64,000 nt of DNA from Octopus vulgaris (Eukaryota): the NCBI GenBank assembly GCA_951406725.2, contig OX597821.1, forward strand, positions 54,188,001 to 54,252,000, written 5' to 3'. The notes beneath the pieces were generated by a model that saw nothing but the letters and a program-made list of their open reading frames with translations, was not told the DNA's origin and searched no databases. The position numbers were made by a program, and so were the translations under genes. Shown here piece after piece: positions 41,735-56,761 of the stretch. The stretch's first letter is position 1. Every line of letters starts with the position of its first letter.

Positions 41735-42847
41735 CATATACTTATATCCACTTCTGCATTGCTTGTTTATCCATTTATTGTTTGTCCTTTCTCATTCTGT
41801 TATGTTTCAGTCTCATTTCCTGGCAGCTCCTGCAAGTCGCCACCAGAAGAGAATCAATATTATCATTAAAGATGCAAAATTGCATTTGACCCTCTGGCTG
41901 ATAACTGATGAGGAATTGGCGACCTCTTGTGTCTGTTTTCCATTCATCTGTGCATTTACAATATGTTTTTCAACTTATTATATATATACAGACATGTATG
42001 TGTGTGTGTTATTAAAAGTATTTCCATTTTTAAAATTGATACACTATGGCTTCATGTGTTGTAAGAGGGACTAAAACAGGTTTCCATAAGGAAAGACATT
42101 CAAACTACAGCTTGAAAAAGCTTCAGTCAATTGAACCTGCATGGGAAAAAAATAGATGTAAAAGTGATGATGATGATGGTGGTAATGATGATGATGACAG
42201 TGACATTGTTATTGATGTTGATGATACTGGAAAGTCCACTGCTTCAGAGTGACTATCAGTTTCACCCTAGGCAATAGTCAATGGCACAAAACTAGCAATC
42301 ACTGTGAGGTACTAGCCTTTCCCTTACCTACAATAAAATTACAACTCCACAAATAATGTATTGATTTCTCTTTTACTTTGAATTAGTTGTATCAAGTACA
42401 CATTCCCCACACACACTCACACATACATGAATATGTATGTGTATTATATATACACACACACACACACACACATATTTAAAGAGAGAGGGTGAGGGAAAAG
42501 ACAAGGGGATTAATTTTTCTTATCAAAAATATTCCCTAACCTTACATAAGCCAAGAAAGACAAAAAAGAAAAAAAAAACATTTTTCAGCATACATTTATA
42601 TAGACTTTATAGGGTTAACAAGAAAATACCTACCAATAATTTCTTTCTATATAGAAGGATTAAAGATGGTGTATTTAATTAGATTCTGTACAGAATAGAC
42701 ACAAAATATAAATCTTGATATACTTGTTAATGTTGATAAGTCCAATGAAGCATTGACAAGTGAAGATGAATTGTTGTAGCTTGCTAGAACGAAGTTGTAT
42801 AAGCATAGTTCAGAAAAAACAGTTATCAAGACAAATCAACATGGCTT

Positions 42848-43060
42848 TTACTACTCTAGACAGAAGGCCGAAATTTTTGGGGAGGGGGCCTGTCGTTTAG
42901 ATCGACCCCAGAATGCAACTGGTACTTAATTTATCGATCCTGAAAGGTTGAAAGGCAAAGTCGACCTCAGTGGAATTTGAACTCAGAATATAAAGACAGA
43001 CGAAATACCACTAAGCATTTCACCCAATGTACTAACGCTTCTGCCAGTTTGCTGCCTTAG
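42848..43060 (-). mobile_element. SINE family A
   Basis: Reverse complement of the family consensus. Confidence 0.82.
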
Positions 43061-43581
43061 CAAATCAACATAGCATTACACGAAGTTGTTTGCATAGGAA
43101 TATTTTCTAGAAATTGAACATTCAATCCAAAATAATGACAGGGAAGTTTATTTCCTTGATACTCATGCTAGTACACATATATGTCTGTTTTAAATCTTCT
43201 TTTGGTAAAATCAGGTAAACATTCACATTTATCTAACAGTTGCACCTTTGGGAATGTTAGCATTCTGTTTTACAAGATGAAGAAGAGGTCATTTGACTTT
43301 CAATGTACCATTATACCTGGTATCTATTTGACTAAATTTTGTAAAATATTAATTGATTCCTAGGGATAATGGTCTATTCACACATATCAAAATTTGATCT
43401 CATGTGCAAAACGGTATTAAATATAAGCTAAACAAGTTACTCTCCATTGAGGCAGTTCTAAAAGGAATAAAAAGTAAGAATTGCATCTGAGTCTTTCAAA
43501 TTCTTACAGCTGAGCCTCATACATCACAACTGAGTTTTTTAATCTCACTATGAATGGTTAGTAATTATCTTACAGTATTTA

Positions 43582-44438
43582 CGAGGCGTAATCAAAATGT
43601 ATCCACCCTTGATTTTTTTTCGCACAAGATAATAATGTGTTAGCAAAATCTGCACAGGTATTAGGTAGCCATGTCCTTCCTGAGCATACACAAAAAAAAA
43701 TTTGTGTCTTTAGGTTGCTCCAGTCACCCGTAGTGACATGTTGAGTACAGACGTGATGAGTGTGCTGAGCAATTTTTCTTTTTGAGTCAAGATGACTGAG
43801 TGCATGGAGCAAAGATACTGAACCAAATTCTGCCAAAAATTTGGTGATATGCAAGCCCAGACTATCGAGAACATTTGGAAAGCCTTTGGAGATGATGCTA
43901 TAAGAAAAACACAAATAAAGAGTGGTACAACCGGTTCAAAGATAACTGCACCTCAGTGGACAGTAAGCCAGATTGTGGCAGACCATTGACTAGCAGAAAC
44001 GACGAAATGATTGCAAAGGTTGAAAGAATGGTCTATGAAGACTGTTGTGTGGCTATTGAGGACCTGTGGGCAGCAAGGAACTGGAAACTCTACCATGACA
44101 ACGCTCATTCCGCCCACATCATCCACCTGTTCTTCAGGATTCCTACTCCCCAGGCTTGGCTCTGTGTGACTTTTGGCTATTCCAAAAGCTAAAAAAAAAA
44201 AAACAACACTCAGACAGGGTTTTGAGTCAACAGAGGACATTAAGCAAAATTCGATGGTCCAGCTCTACAGCATCCCAAAAATTGGTTTCCAGAAATGTTT
44301 CCAGCAGTGGCAGGAACACTGGCAAAGGTGTGTAGACTCCCAAGGCAAATACTTTGAAGGAGAGTAAATTAAAATGGTGAGCCTTTTAATATTACTTGTT
44401 TCTGGGCCAAAGGTCAAATACCTTTTGAATACACCTTG
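43582..44438 (+). mobile_element. Internally deleted mariner element
   Basis: TA-flanked TIRs cgaggcgtaatcaaaa / ttttgaatacaccttg. Motifs KEWYNRFKD, GRPLTSRNDE, LYHDNAHSAH and CVDSQGKYFEGE. Confidence 0.88.
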
Positions 44439-47189
44439 TATTTGTAATATTTATATTATTTCTCCCATTTGATCAGTAATGAGTAGATATGCATCAACCT
44501 AGATTTTGAACTAAATTTTAAATCTAAGGATAGAACCATTGTTATCACTAAACCACACATATAATTTTAGGTTATTTTTTTATATTGGTTAAATTTGATA
44601 TGGTAGGGTATTTAAATTTACATTCCTATAGTGGCAGTCATATTGAGCTGGTGTCATTGTTAAAGTTACAGAGCGGGTTATCAAAATTTGTGACTCTTTG
44701 ATTTTTAAACTTTCCATGGATAGCTTTAGTGAAAAAAGAATCATGTAAGTCAGGAAAGGTTGAATATGGTGTAAGAAAGAAAACTATATAGCTCTATGGA
44801 AGGTAATTTCCATATTTGATTGATAACTGTACTGGAAACTTTGCATTGAAGAAACAGTACATATAATGTTTGATGGTGAGCCAATCAATAAAAAGCCATA
44901 GAAGCACCTTAATTTAGCTGTAATTGCTGAAAGGTAAATTTAGATAATCTATAATTGAAACAATAACTGCACACAGATGGGAACATCCAGTGAAGGAAAC
45001 ATAGTAAGTATTATTATTATTTGTGCCAAGGATGAAATTAATTCTCTGGAAAATTATAAGCTTATTAACAACACATGTTAGACATTTAATTAAGAATCTT
45101 TGGTAATGGTAAACCTTTGAGTTTAGGACTTAATGTTCAATGTAGAACTAATGTAACAAGTGTTCCAGAATTTTAAATTGACGTATTAGCAATGCTGCAA
45201 ATTTCAGCTATCTGAAATTATGGATACTTGAACACAAAAACAACAGAGTTGAATAAATTTATTATCACTGCCTCCATTTCCAGTCAAGATTTATGTAGCA
45301 ATGCAAATAGGTGGACATAATTTATTAGATGAAGCTTATTTAATGTGTAGTAAACAGCTGAGTTGGTAGTGATGAACAAATGTGCACCTATGATACTTTT
45401 ATGGAAATTCCTCATTGCAAGACTATATAACGATACAAGGATCACTCTAAGGATGTTAAAACTATGTGAGATGGAATACACAATTATTTTCAGCAATTTT
45501 CAAGGAAAAGATTTATCATCCCAAGAATTCCTGTCAACCCAGTAGGCCTTTCATGAAAAGAGGAGATTACAGTTTTCTATAAGTCTATTAATGCAGTTGA
45601 TTTAAAGCTTCAGAGACTCTTTTCCTGTTAGTCCTAACTAGTTATCAGCTGGTCAAGTAAAGAAAGTGAAAATAAAAATGGAAAATATTCACTATTCCTA
45701 TATTTTCAGGATTTCATTTTCATGAGGGTGAGCAATGCCCATCCCCTTTCATGCAGAGATTCTGAGACTGTGTTGAAAAAACGGCTGAGTTAAACATATC
45801 TTTTAACCATGGGATTCATTTGACTCCTGCATTACTTCAATTTTTTGTTGACATAAATATGTATATCTATGAAACTTTAAACTGTGTGGTACTAAGTCAA
45901 AATGTTAATACACACACTATGTGCACAATGTGTGTTTGTGTGTGATGTGTGTGTATGTATGTGTAAGGAAGTATTAATGCTGGGATATTCTTGCTGCAAT
46001 CACCCGCTGCTCTGTGTTCCTCTCCAGCCTTTTTTTTCTTATCTCGTTCTCCCCTTATTACAACTCACTCACATGGGATTTTCTCTCTGCATTGATACTT
46101 TTCCTCACCACTTCTATAGTATTCTCCAGCCTCTCTATTTCTTATGGCATTCACCCACTGCTCCTTCACCCTTTGTTTTTCTTTCTTTCCCTATCCTCTT
46201 CCCACAGCTACTTTTCCAGCTTAGCACCTTCTCTTCTCTCCTCCTCCTCTAGTCTACCACCATGACTTCTCTTCCACACTTACTGTTTTCATCAGTGACC
46301 ATCTCTGAATCTTCACCAACCCACCCATGTCTATTTCATAATCTCTCCCCTTACATTTTCCATTCATATTCACCCTTATAATGTATGATAGAACTGGATC
46401 TCCCAGACCACAACCCATCCATCACTGTCTCTTTCTTTCTCACTAACTCCTAATCCTTTCTTCTATACCTTGTCTCTGCCAACACACCCTCTCATAATAT
46501 TGTCTAGTCTTTTACTCTCATTAAGAATGCCCTCTCACGAGTATAAATCATCTTCTCTCATCATACCATATTCTCTTGCTCTCTCACACCTGGTCTTAAA
46601 ACATCACACTCTCTCCCTAATTCAGTTTTTAGTTATGAGACTCCTTTAGACTCTTGTGTCTTACAAGCTACAAGGCAAAAAAGTCCCACTACAGAATGTA
46701 CTGGGTACTTTCTGTCCAGATGTAAAGACATAGGAGCCTAACATCCCAAAGTTTCAGCAGTCCCTTGACACAACAGGTTCTGTCATGCTAAACAAACCCA
46801 AGCCAGTAAATGAAGCAAACATACAAAAAAGATTATAATAATTATGTTGGTGATGATGATGATGATCATCATGATCATCATGATCATCATCATCATCATC
46901 ATCATCATGGTGAAGAAGAAAAAGCAGCAGTGGCAGCAGCAACAGCAGCAGCAACGGCAGCAGCAGCAGTAGTGGTGGTGGTGGAGGTGATGGTTGCAAG
47001 AAACTCTAAGGTGAGCTGAATAGCAGAAAGTCTCTTGAGAAGAAACCACCCATACTACATACACAAAGTTACACAAGTGATTTGGTCCTTATTCCTTGTG
47101 TGCATTAGCTAGTCTAAATTAAACTTAATTTATATATTTCTATCTGTTTTGCAAGATTTTTCATGAAAAATCATGTGCTTAAACAGTAC

Positions 47190-47258
47190 AACACATATAC
47201 ACATATACACACACATGCGTGTATATAAATATAAATATATAAATATATATGTGCATAT

Positions 47259-47291
<33 letters not shown>

Positions 47292-47505
47292 CACACACAC
47301 TCATGTATATAAATATAAGTATATAAATATAGATATGTATATTTACATATATATAAATATATGAATATATATACATACATATATATGTATATATATATAC
47401 ATATATATATATACATATACACATCATCATCATATACATATATACATATATTTTTATATATATATATGTATATTTATATATATGTGTGTGTGTGTGTCTG
47501 TGTAT

Positions 47506-47552
<47 letters not shown>

Positions 47553-47844
47553 TATATATCTACAATAAATAGGGGCCAAAGCATTTGTATAGGTTTTTAT
47601 ATGTACGATGGGCGTTTTTTTCTCTGGAGACCTTCTGCTATTCAGCTCACCCTACAGATTCTTGAAACTTTCACATCTTCTTCCTCTTCTTCTTCATCAT
47701 CACCATCATCATCATCATCATCTACAACCACCATCACCACCATCTATAAAGGGCAAGCAATAGAATTTGGGGCCACTAGAAATACTGAGACACAATGGGG
47801 GTGGGGAAGAAGCAATACTATTTATTGATTAATTATAATGACTT

Positions 47845-47895
<51 letters not shown>

Positions 47896-47964
47896 CAACT
47901 GAAAAAAACACATGATTGTCACAAACCATAATTTATTATAAAGTAATGTATCTAAATTTTTTTT

Positions 47965-48010
<46 letters not shown>
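47190..48010. repeat. (TA)n/(CA)n/(TG)n/(ATC)n simple-repeat cluster
   Basis: Read directly from the sequence. Confidence 0.9.
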
Positions 48011-48014
<4 letters not shown>

Positions 48015-48082
48015 TCATCATTATCATCCACACCATCATTGTTTAACATCTGCCTTCCATGCTAGTATGGGTTATATGTATT

Positions 48083-48520
48083 TATTAGGTTATCCTATAA
48101 ATAGTGCAGTATTTTTATATATTTCTTTTATTTTTGAAAATTAAGATAAACAAATTTCATTTTTAATCTAAAATATACCCTCCTTCATTTTCTACGATGC
48201 TCTTCCATCGATCTGGCAGACTTGCAAGGCTCCTCTTCTAAAATTCACTTGTCCATAATGAAAACTACTCCTCTAGTATTGTTTTGACCTTGTCCAGAGA
48301 ATTCGTAGTTTGTCTGTCCATAGGATTTTGAAGACTGTAGAATAAGTAATAATCAGATGGGACAATATCTGGTAATTATGGTGGGTGGTGCAACGTTTCC
48401 AATTCAGACTGCTTCAGCCTTTGGAATGTCATCCTTGCTTTATATGGCCAAGCATTACCCTGATGGTAGAGCAACTTTCATCTTAAAACCAAAGATAATC
48501 ATTGTACAACATGCTGTACT
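48083..48520 (-). mobile_element. Mariner 3' fragment
   Basis: HPP*LPDIVPSDYYLFYSLQN matches the mariner YSPDLAPSDYHLF motif. Confidence 0.75.
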
Positions 48521-48529
48521 GCTTGGCAT

Positions 48530-49201
48530 TCGTGCTGGAAGCTCCAATACAAACAAATGGTGAACACACAGAACAACTGTTGGCTTGCCGTGTCTGCAAA
48601 ACATGTACTGAGAGCAATAAAAATCAAACATCCAGTCAACATTATGGTATTTCGAGTGATCACTAGTAATGGTGATGTTATGCATCTATTCATTTTCCCA
48701 CGTGGCCTCACACTCAATACGGAGGCTCACATTGAGTGCCAGGAGGAGGTGATGCTGCTCTGGGTTACGAGGCTGGTTGCTGGAAGACCCTATGTCTAGC
48801 AACAAGACTCTGCACCAGGCCAAACAAGCAGGAGAAACCAGTCTTGGCTGTCAGACAATTTCTGCAGCCACATCACCCCTAACATCTGGCCACCTAACTC
48901 CTCAGACTCCAACCCCACTTGATTATTATGTGTGGGTTACAGTTGACTGAGAGACCAACAAATCTCCTTGTAACACCAGACTTGAACTGAAAGCAAGGAT
49001 TAAACAAGGTGACCATCCAGAAGATTTGCAGGAGATTTTGAGGCCATGGTTGAAGCCAATGGCGATTTTATTGAATAAATTTATTCTTTAGTATTTGAAG
49101 ATATTTTTATGTAATTTAGGTAAGTATATCTGTTAAAATTAGATGTCAGAGTTATTTTCATTTTTGAATAATTTAGACAAGTATATATTCACTGCACCCT
49201 G
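48530..49201 (+). mobile_element. maT/DD37D-like Tc1/mariner 3' fragment
   Basis: KHPVNIMVFRVITSNG, QQDSAP and IWPPNSSDSNP..DYYVW, with a TIR-like end tgcaccctg. Confidence 0.75.
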
Positions 49202-49591
49202 TGTGTATACATGTATGTGTGTGAATATATATATATATATTGGATTGATAGATATTATCATAATCATCATCATCGTTTAATGTCAATTTTCCATGCTGGA
49301 GTGGTTGGATGGTGCCACCTACTTTACAGAGTGTGCTGGGTGCTTCGTACATGCTACTGGCACTAGTGCATTATGAACATGCATGCATACACATATTTAT
49401 GTTTTTGAGTAGGTATCTATGTGTTTGTGTCTATGTCTAAGTATAATATAATAATTATAATAAAAACGTACTGTTATTTTTTCATACTATCATTAATTTC
49501 AGTTGTTATCTATTTAAGCCATAAAAATGTTTACATCCCACTCTTTAATGCCTTGTTCATAGTCTCATAATTTTCTATACTACTACTACTT

Positions 49592-49656
<65 letters not shown>

Positions 49657-50284
49657 GTCATCATCATAATCACCATATTTGTCATTTGCCATGTAAAGAC
49701 ATCTTTTGATTTTCCTTTTCATACACAACCTATTCAACTATAACAAAATGAAATTTCCCTTTGGATTTCTGGCAAAAAAGCTACAATTACTTAAGGGAGG
49801 GATTCCTTCAATATCCATAAGTAGGCAACAAAAATAGTGACTTTTGTATTGCCATATGAGAGAAAGGACAAAACTGGCATAAGGAATGGTGACCAGGGGT
49901 CATAGAAATCAAAATAGACAAGCAAGTCCTCATGATCCCCAAAGGTCTCAGAGTCATACCAGCTGTGCTCAGTACAAGATGCCAAGACAAAAAGTATAAG
50001 ATTGATAATATAGAAAGTCTGTTATTTTTAACAGTATAAAGATCACCTCAGCATTGAATGTCCTGAAGAACTTTGAAGATTAAGCAAGAACAAGGAAAAC
50101 AGAAAGAAAGAAAATCACTAGAATCAGCGAACCTTAGTTACCAGAGCACCACCAGCCACAGCCTCAGGGACCATAAAAATAGATATATTTAGGACCAGTA
50201 CGACAATTAACTGAAGAAATATTTTAACCCGAAATAGCACTGGATCTTCATTGGGAGATAAGGTAAAATAACTATAGAGAAAAT

Positions 50285-50692
50285 TATGAGTGGCTGTGTG
50301 GTAAGTAGCTTGTTTACCAACCACATGGTTCCGGGTTCATTCCCACTGTGTGGCACCTTGGGCAAGTGTCTTCTACTATAGCTTCAGGCCAACCAAAACC
50401 TTGTGAGTGGATTTGGTAGACAGAAACTGAAAGAAGCCCATTGTATATATGTATATGTATATATGTGTGTGTGTGTTTGTGTATCTGTGTTTGTCCCCCC
50501 AACATCGCTTGACAACCGATGCTGGTGTGTTTACATCCCTGTAACTTAGCGGTTCGGCAAAAGTGACCGATAGAATAAGTACTAGGCTTACAAAGAATAA
50601 GTCCTGGGGTCGATTTGCTCGACTAAACACGGTGCTCCAGCATGGCCGCAGTCAAATGACTGAAACAAGCTAAGAGTAAAGGATAAAAGAAA
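50285..50692 (+). mobile_element. SINE family B, full length
   Basis: tRNA-like head gtggctgtgtggtaagtagc...ggttccgggttcattccc followed by the family body. Confidence 0.88.
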
Positions 50693-51015
50693 AATATTTC
50701 ACAAAATATGGATTAAATACAAAGCAATAAAAACAGGGGAGAAGGATGTTTGTTCAAAACAACAAAATAAGGTGAAAATGCAGAGGAATAAAACGATCTG
50801 AGATTCACCTTATCCACAAATTGAATAAACAGTTTAGAGACTAAATTATGTATCTACTAGAGTACAACATATAAGCAATTAGGTCCAGAATAAGAACCAC
50901 AGGTATAAGGAAGACTGCTTGTAGAATTGAAATTAAGACGTTATATAATATTTAAAAAAATAATAACCTCAGAATATATCGATGTGTTTCAATTATAATA
51001 AAATTAAAATTATAA

Positions 51016-51206
51016 TTATAATAAAAATGTACTGTTGTTCTCAGGAGAGAATACGCGAGGTAGGCCCTGAAACGGCGCGCATTCTCTCTTGATGACCCCA
51101 TACACTTGCTGGCTTCCGGTATGCGGAGTTCTTGACTGGTAGCACTTGCATGGGCAAGTTGTTTGCAAGATATCAAATGTCTGAAAATCTGTTAATTCAG
51201 TTGTAA
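51016..51206 (-). CDS. Candidate terminal exon of Cys-rich protein ((V)TTELTDFQTFDILQTTCPCKCYQSRTPHTGSQQVYGVIKRECAPFQGLPRVFSPENNSTFLL*)
   Basis: Acceptor cttacccctttctcaaactgtatacag, phase 1, GC/CpG-richer unique sequence, open to TAA. Confidence 0.55.
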
Positions 51207-52137
51207 CTGTATACAGTTTGAGAAAGGGGTAAGTGAACAAGTTCATGGAATACCTTACTTCACCTAAACAGCAATCTTACATGTTTTATTAAACATTTTA
51301 AATTATTTCCATGAAACGTGTGCCTATGTGTTTGTGTGCATGTGTGCTTGTATGTTTATGCAGATATGTGTATGCGTGCCAGATGGTGTAAGTATGCAGG
51401 TGCATGCATGCATGTACACCTTTGAAAATTCTTATATCCTTTCATTTATTGTATAACATTTCTAACTGCTCCTGTCATAATGCAAACCCATCTTACACAT
51501 TCCTCATTATCATTTATTTCCTTGTAGCTCCTAATGAATGTTCAATATTCTTTTGTATCTCTTTGAGCCCTTGTGGCTAATAAAGAAAAGATTGTGATTA
51601 TTACTGTTATTGTTGCTAAATCATTATCAATTTAAAAAAAAAAGGTAAAAGGAATTATTGCTAGTGTTGTTGTTATTTCCTTAAATATATTTGTTTATTA
51701 ATTGAAAAGGAGGCAATGTTGATGTTTAGGTCACAATTCATTAAATAACTAAACACAATTAAAATAATACACAAAAGTACATGAACAAAGACAAGAGTGT
51801 CATCAATTCTAATTTCAACACTTCCTCGTGTATATTTTACATTGTTCCATATCCCCTTTTCCCTCTGATTCACCTCTTCTATTTCTATTCACTCCCCAAC
51901 CAACCTAATAACTGACCCCACTCCCTCTTCCCATCTGTAGCTCTTCTTACTCCTCTTCTAGCTCTCTACTCCTCCTCCCTAAGCTGCTTATATCCTCCCT
52001 CTCACTGCCTTTTACTGTTTTCCTTTTCTTCTCCCTTTCATCATTTAAATCTCTCACATTACTATCTCAACTGTTATAGCCAATTCTTTCTCCTGACGAA
52101 AAAAAATCATTCTTATGGTAATATCTATATGCCACAA

Positions 52138-52418
52138 AGGTGGCGAGCTGGCAGAAATGTTAGCATGCCGGGCAAAATGTGTAGCCGTATTTCGTCTGCT
52201 GTTATGTTCTGAGTTCAAATTCCGCCGAGGTCGACATTGCCTTTCATCCTTTCAGGGTCGATAAATTAAGTACCAGTTATGCACTGGAGTCGATGTAATC
52301 GACTTAATCCATTTGTCTGTCCTTGTTTGTTCCCTCTGTGTTTAGCCCCTTGTGGGTAGTAAAGAAATAGGTATTTCGTCTGTCTTTACATTTTGAGTTC
52401 AAATTCCGCCCAGGTCGA
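52138..52418 (+). mobile_element. SINE family A with partial internal duplication
   Basis: The segment tatttcgtctg...gagttcaaattccgcc is repeated at 52372-52418. Confidence 0.85.
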
Positions 52419-52492
52419 TTCTAATTCTAAGTTTCTCTTTAATTTTCAAAGAGATATTCACATCAACAGAATGGCCGATCTCTATGTGAATA

Positions 52493-54822
52493 CTGTCATA
52501 CCTCAATTTAAGTTGTTTTCGATTATATGTCAGTTTTCAAAAATAATATATGGAAAAATAAAAATCAAGTTAAATCAATTTACTTGACTTTATGCCTGCC
52601 TGTCACAAATATTGGAATCATAAAATCATTAGAAAACTATTGAAAGCTCATAAAATTATGTTACTCCACAATAAATAAGAATGAAAGCCTATAAAATTGT
52701 ATTAAAATACGTAAAGTAAATGTTAAGATACACACCATAGTGTAGCTTAGTGAACGAAATTATGAAATCAGCTGTGTTGTCTTATTTATCAGTCTTTCAG
52801 AGCTCATATTGACCTGAAGTTCCAATATCTACTGTTAGGTGTCATTGTCACTTGTGATTCCCACAATTGTTCTGAATTCAGATTTCTTTATGCCTCTTTA
52901 TCAACTACTTTCAAATTCTCATTCATTTGTGACTTTAGTTTTTGCCCCCATGGCTCCTAAGAAAATTCATAGTGAAAGTGCTAAGCATCATGCTATAATG
53001 CTGGAAGATAAATTAGCAATGATAAAACACCATGGAAAAGGTGAAGAAGTGGTAGCAGTTGCACGATCATTTGGGAAGAGTCGTACAACTGTATCAATGA
53101 TTATACATTATGAGGACAAGATTTTAGACCATATCAAATCTGAAGCCCCAGGAATGAAGAACACTGTCATCAATAAGGAAAGAGGAAAAAATCCTTGAAG
53201 CAATGGAAAGTCTTCCTTTTGGAGTGTTAGGTTGAGTCTTCAGCGTGCTAAAATTAATCTCGAAATCATTCAAAGGAAAGTGTTGTATTTGTTTGGGGGC
53301 CTGAAGAACAAATATCCAGATGAGAAAGATGCAGCATTCAAAGCAAGTCAAGGATGGTTCAGGAGATTTAAGGAATGAAGAAATTATCACTCCATTAAGA
53401 AGCAAAGTGGAAATGCATCAGCTGACAAACAAGCACCAGTGGAATTTCTTAATGTATTAAAGAAAATCATCGAAGAAAACGGGTTTCTTCCTGCACAGAT
53501 TTCTAACATTGATGAAACTGGATTGTATTAGAAAAAATTTCCAGACCATTCATTCATTTCCAAGGCAGAGAAAATTATTCCAGGCTACAAGGTCTCAAAA
53601 GAACGTATGACCATTATGTTGGGTGGTAATTTTGCAGGAGATTTTAAGTTAAAACCATTGCTTGTGTATCATGCACACAACCCCTCTGCCTTGAAGAACA
53701 TACCTAAGGCATCTCTCCCTGTTATATGAATGGCTAATTCAGAAGCATGGGCTACTGTTGTTGTTTTTGAAGATAGGTTCTTCAATCATTTTATCCCACC
53801 AGCAGAGAAGTACTGCAAGAAGGGAATTCCTTTTAAGGTTTTACTTATCTTAGATAATGCTCCTGAACACTCGCTAAACATCGTAGATTTTGACCTCAAT
53901 GTTACCATCATATACCTCCCTCCAAACACCATGTCTCTTTTGTAGCTAATGGATCAGGGAATAATTACTATCTTCAAGCATTACTATATGAGGCCTACAC
54001 TGCGGCAAGCAACAGCTGCAACTGATCTTGATGAGTCCATCACACTTCGTGACTTTTGGAAGAGATACGATATCTACATGACTGTACAGAACATAGCAGT
54101 GGCATAGAATTATGGACAGAGCATGGCTATGAATGGTGTATGTAACAAGCTTTGTACACAATTCGTGAATGATTTTGAGGGGTTTGATAATGTTGCCATC
54201 AACAAAACGTTGATGACTACAAGCAAAGAACTGGAAATGGATTTGGAGGAGGAAGATTTCACAGATTTATTTGAAAAAGACAAGCAGCCCCTGACAAATG
54301 AGAATTTGATAGAGCTTTTCAAACAGCAAAATACAGAAGAAGAGGAAGTCTAACCTGAGCCACATCAATTTACCATTAAGAAAAGCAGCAAGCATTTGCA
54401 TATATCGAGAAAAGTCTTTCTCTGTGTGAGGATATGAATATATACACTCACCACTTTTCCAAGATTACGGGGCTTGTCATGAAGCTTTTGCTCCTTATAA
54501 TGTAATCCTTGAGGAAAATAAGAAGACAGTTCAAAGGACTCTCGATCAGTTTTTTAAGCACATCGAACAACAAGAACAGCCAGAGTCAGCTTACAATAGG
54601 TTTTTATTGACCATGTATTATTGAAAATGCATTCATAAATAAAGTACAGAACTGGGAATGGTTATTATCAGTTTAGCCTAGAGACAAGTAAATTTGGCCT
54701 AGCATAGCCTAGAGAAAGTTATTTCGATGTAAGTAATTTTCGACATAATTAATTTTTGACTTAAGTCATGTTTCGACTGAAGACATCTTTTGACTTAAGT
54801 CATGTAGGGTGTAGTATGCCTG
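52493..54822 (+). mobile_element. Tigger/pogo DNA transposon, near full length, pseudogenised
   Basis: TA-flanked ends ctgtcatac / gtatgcctg. ORF starts MAPKK at 52950 with CENP-B-type HTH, FKASQGWF, NIDETGLY, KERMTIML, LILDNAPEH and LPPNT..MDQGII. Confidence 0.92.
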
Positions 54823-55283
54823 TACATACATTATCTTGTCTGTCCCAAACAACAATATCCATCATGTTTGTTTGTTTATGTATGTCTTCCCTTTCGCTTT
54901 TTAATTGAGATGAAATTTTGGTAGCAAGGTAGTGCAGAAAAGTATCATGATTTAACCATCATCTTTTAAATCATAAGAAAGTCTTGCAGGTTTCTATAGT
55001 CCCAGATATCCTGATCATCTGTAGCTTATGAATTGAGGATTTGCATTCTCTCCACAAGATTTCAAGTTCATCCCTACTTTAAATCCAGACAGGCTGGTAT
55101 GTATCCTGTTGCTCCAATAATAATGCATATGAAGTATCTTGGGTACTGGATTTACAAATTATTTACCAATGGTTCATAGATGTCCTCTTTCTCTTATATT
55201 TTTCTAATCACATTCATGATTTCCAAAACTGAACATATCCTTTCTTTGTGGTCTTCCGTATGCAAGTATGGATGTGTGTGTGT

Positions 55284-55347
<64 letters not shown>

Positions 55348-56761
55348 ATAAAGCTGCCTCCTGTACTGTAACCGTAACTCAGTCAAAGACATTCTTCGGC
55401 TTGATCTTGCAAGCTGTAAGGTGACCTCACTAGTGCTGAAGCTACAAAAAAAACTGGAGGCAGTGCACTTCATGGTTAGCATTAGGATGGACTTCCATGC
55501 ATTGAAACCATACCAAAACAGACATTATGCCAGCATATACATGTCTCTATGTGTCTGTGTAATATATATATAGATTCATGTATGCATGTATACACACACA
55601 CACAAACACACACACATTAAGCAAGAGAGAAATGAATAGACAAGCATAGAAATCACAGAATATAAATAGCTTTGCTGGAGAAGTTAGAAAATGGAATCCA
55701 GCTTGGATTTAATGATTAGAATGACTTTCAATCATGTTAGAAGAGGACTGATAATGAAAGCCGCAGAGGAAGTAATGATATTTCTATAATATGGACAAAT
55801 GCTCATAACTGATGATGACAAAATGCTATTAAATGGTTTGTTGACAACATACAGAGATTGGCCAATGGTCACTGAGAAATAATTAATCTATGTGTGCTAA
55901 TAAAACCCTTTCACAGTATGTACATACTTAATGTTAGACTGCAACTAATTTATCATTTTACTATCATCATCATCATCATCATCATCAGTGTCATCATCAT
56001 CATCATCATCATCATCAGTTGGTGTATATTTGGTAAATCTGTTATAAATTTCTCATCAACTATATGACTTTATGGGGAAACTGGTGCTTATAATGTGAGT
56101 GCACAGATGAAACAAGAAATGTTTAATTAGTTACATTTGACCTGTGGTGCGAAGTAATAACTGGCCCAGGAGGGATTGTAATCTCTGACTCAAAGTCAGT
56201 GTGCACCTAAGTTTCACATAAGTAATGTTACATCTTTCCAAATGTGATTTACTGAGTTGGCAATAAAATGCAGATAGCTGGATGGATGGGGTCTGAATAA
56301 ATGTAACAAAAGTAAAGTTTGAAGGAAATATTTACTATTTTTATGTATTTTAGGAGCAAGCAAATAGGAAAAAACAGTTATTACTGAAGGACAAAAATCG
56401 TTTCACACAGAGTTATCAGACTTAATTTCATACATCATAAAATGTCTATACATCATAAAATGCTGATGATGAGGATCATGATTATGACGACGACGATGAT
56501 GATGATGATTTGCAATCTCTACAAATGTTTGGCCCAGTAACATTATTGGTCTTGTGAATCTGTAGCAATGTGGCCTAATGCCTTTTCAGACTTGTAGATT
56601 GGTGATTTTGTAACCCTACGGCTGTGGTAGTATGTCCTTATAGGATTGTGGCTTTGTGATAATAACTCTTTGGTGTTTAAACTGGCCATATCTGACCCAA
56701 ATATTCTATCTCTTTTATGTTCAAACTGACCATACTCTGCCTCTCACACCTTCCCTACAAT

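Noticed and set aside
41895-41935. CTGATGA motif (also CTGACGA at about 52093)
   Set aside because: No helix II/GAAA/UH arrangement follows.
55350-55460. Minus-strand exon candidate FSTSEVTLQLARSSRRMSLTELR
   Set aside because: It overlaps a diverged RTE-tail-type repeat similar to 46640-46700, and the donor is weak.
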